From Chloroflexota bacterium (lineage in GTDB: Bacteria; Chloroflexota; Dehalococcoidia; JACQUO01): DNA of 64,000 bases. Position numbers and translations under genes: made by a program. The stretch spans positions 11,197 to 75,196 of the forward strand of contig JACQUO010000029.1 in NCBI GenBank assembly GCA_016210205.1, written 5' to 3'. The number at the start of each line of letters is the position of its first letter. The first letter of the stretch is position 1. The notes beneath the pieces were generated by a model that was not told the origin of the DNA, ran no database searches, and saw only the letters and a list, made by a program, of their open reading frames with translations. Shown piece after piece: positions 63,785 to 64,000 of the stretch.

Positions 63785-63846
63785 GCCACTTCCCTTACCA
63801 CAGAAAATCCGGGGGCTGGAGCGCCCAGGCCGCCCGGAGCTTGGTC

Positions 63847-64000
63847 TTAAAGCTTCTCCACCTGCAGGAAATCCAACTCCACCGGTGTCTCCCGCCCGAA
63901 GAAAGAGACCAGCACCCGCACCTTGCCCTTATCGGCGTTCACCACATCTACCACCCCGTGAAAGTCCACGAAAGGCCCATCAATAATCCGCACACTCTGG
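63847..64000 (-). CDS. nusG: Transcription termination/antitermination factor NusG (3' end, partial at right edge)
   Basis: The minus-strand translation [50 protein letters not shown]-stop is the NusG C-terminal KOW domain. Confidence 0.85.
   Translation of the reverse strand, partial: QSVRIIDGPFVDFHGVVDVVNADKGKVRVLVSFFGRETPVELDFLQVEKL

Overview
This is a gene-dense, high-GC bacterial chromosome segment (roughly two-thirds G+C by eye). I did not compute composition or run any searches, so all calls rest on reading the sequence and ORF translations. I cannot assign a taxon.

Core content:
- dnaN.
- A tetrapyrrole cluster: hemL, hemB, a cobA-hemD fusion, hemC, a sirC-like gene and a fused AhbA/B-like siroheme decarboxylase.
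- A pair of half-ABC exporters.
- An ArsR / DsrE-F-H-like / ferredoxin operon, plus a peroxiredoxin.
- tRNA-Ala(UGC).
- A 3xGAF-GGDEF cyclase.
- Cytochrome c oxidase subunits II and I, plus a cytochrome c.
- ilvD-ilvB-ilvN-ilvC-leuA, and folE.
- A MarR-controlled MacAB-type efflux operon.
- A lipoate ligase and gcvH, and radC.
- rplL-rplJ-rplA-rplK and the 3' end of nusG.

Accessory patches, visibly AT-richer than the core:
1. An OLD-family nuclease islet and a hicB-hicA cassette (hicA frameshifted). Both sit between three copies of the dnaN 3' terminus.
2. An RHH / unknown 333-aa protein (Rx4H motif) / arsC cassette. It interrupts the hem cluster and is bracketed by direct copies of a GC-rich multi-hairpin repeat.
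3. Two paralogous Cys-motif pentapeptide-repeat proteins, one membrane-anchored, directly downstream of the ABC exporter pair.
4. A block with a membrane GAF protein, a DUF5317-like protein and a 1073-aa P-loop/TPR/SARP regulator.

A dispersed family of GC-rich palindromic repeat elements occupies several intergenic regions and creates many spurious ORFs. I recognised no CRISPR array, rRNA, transposase or integrase.

I cannot point to one unambiguous novel system. The best candidates for follow-up are the dnaN-tail insertion hotspot, the RHH + Rx4H cassette, and the ABC + pentapeptide-repeat module.
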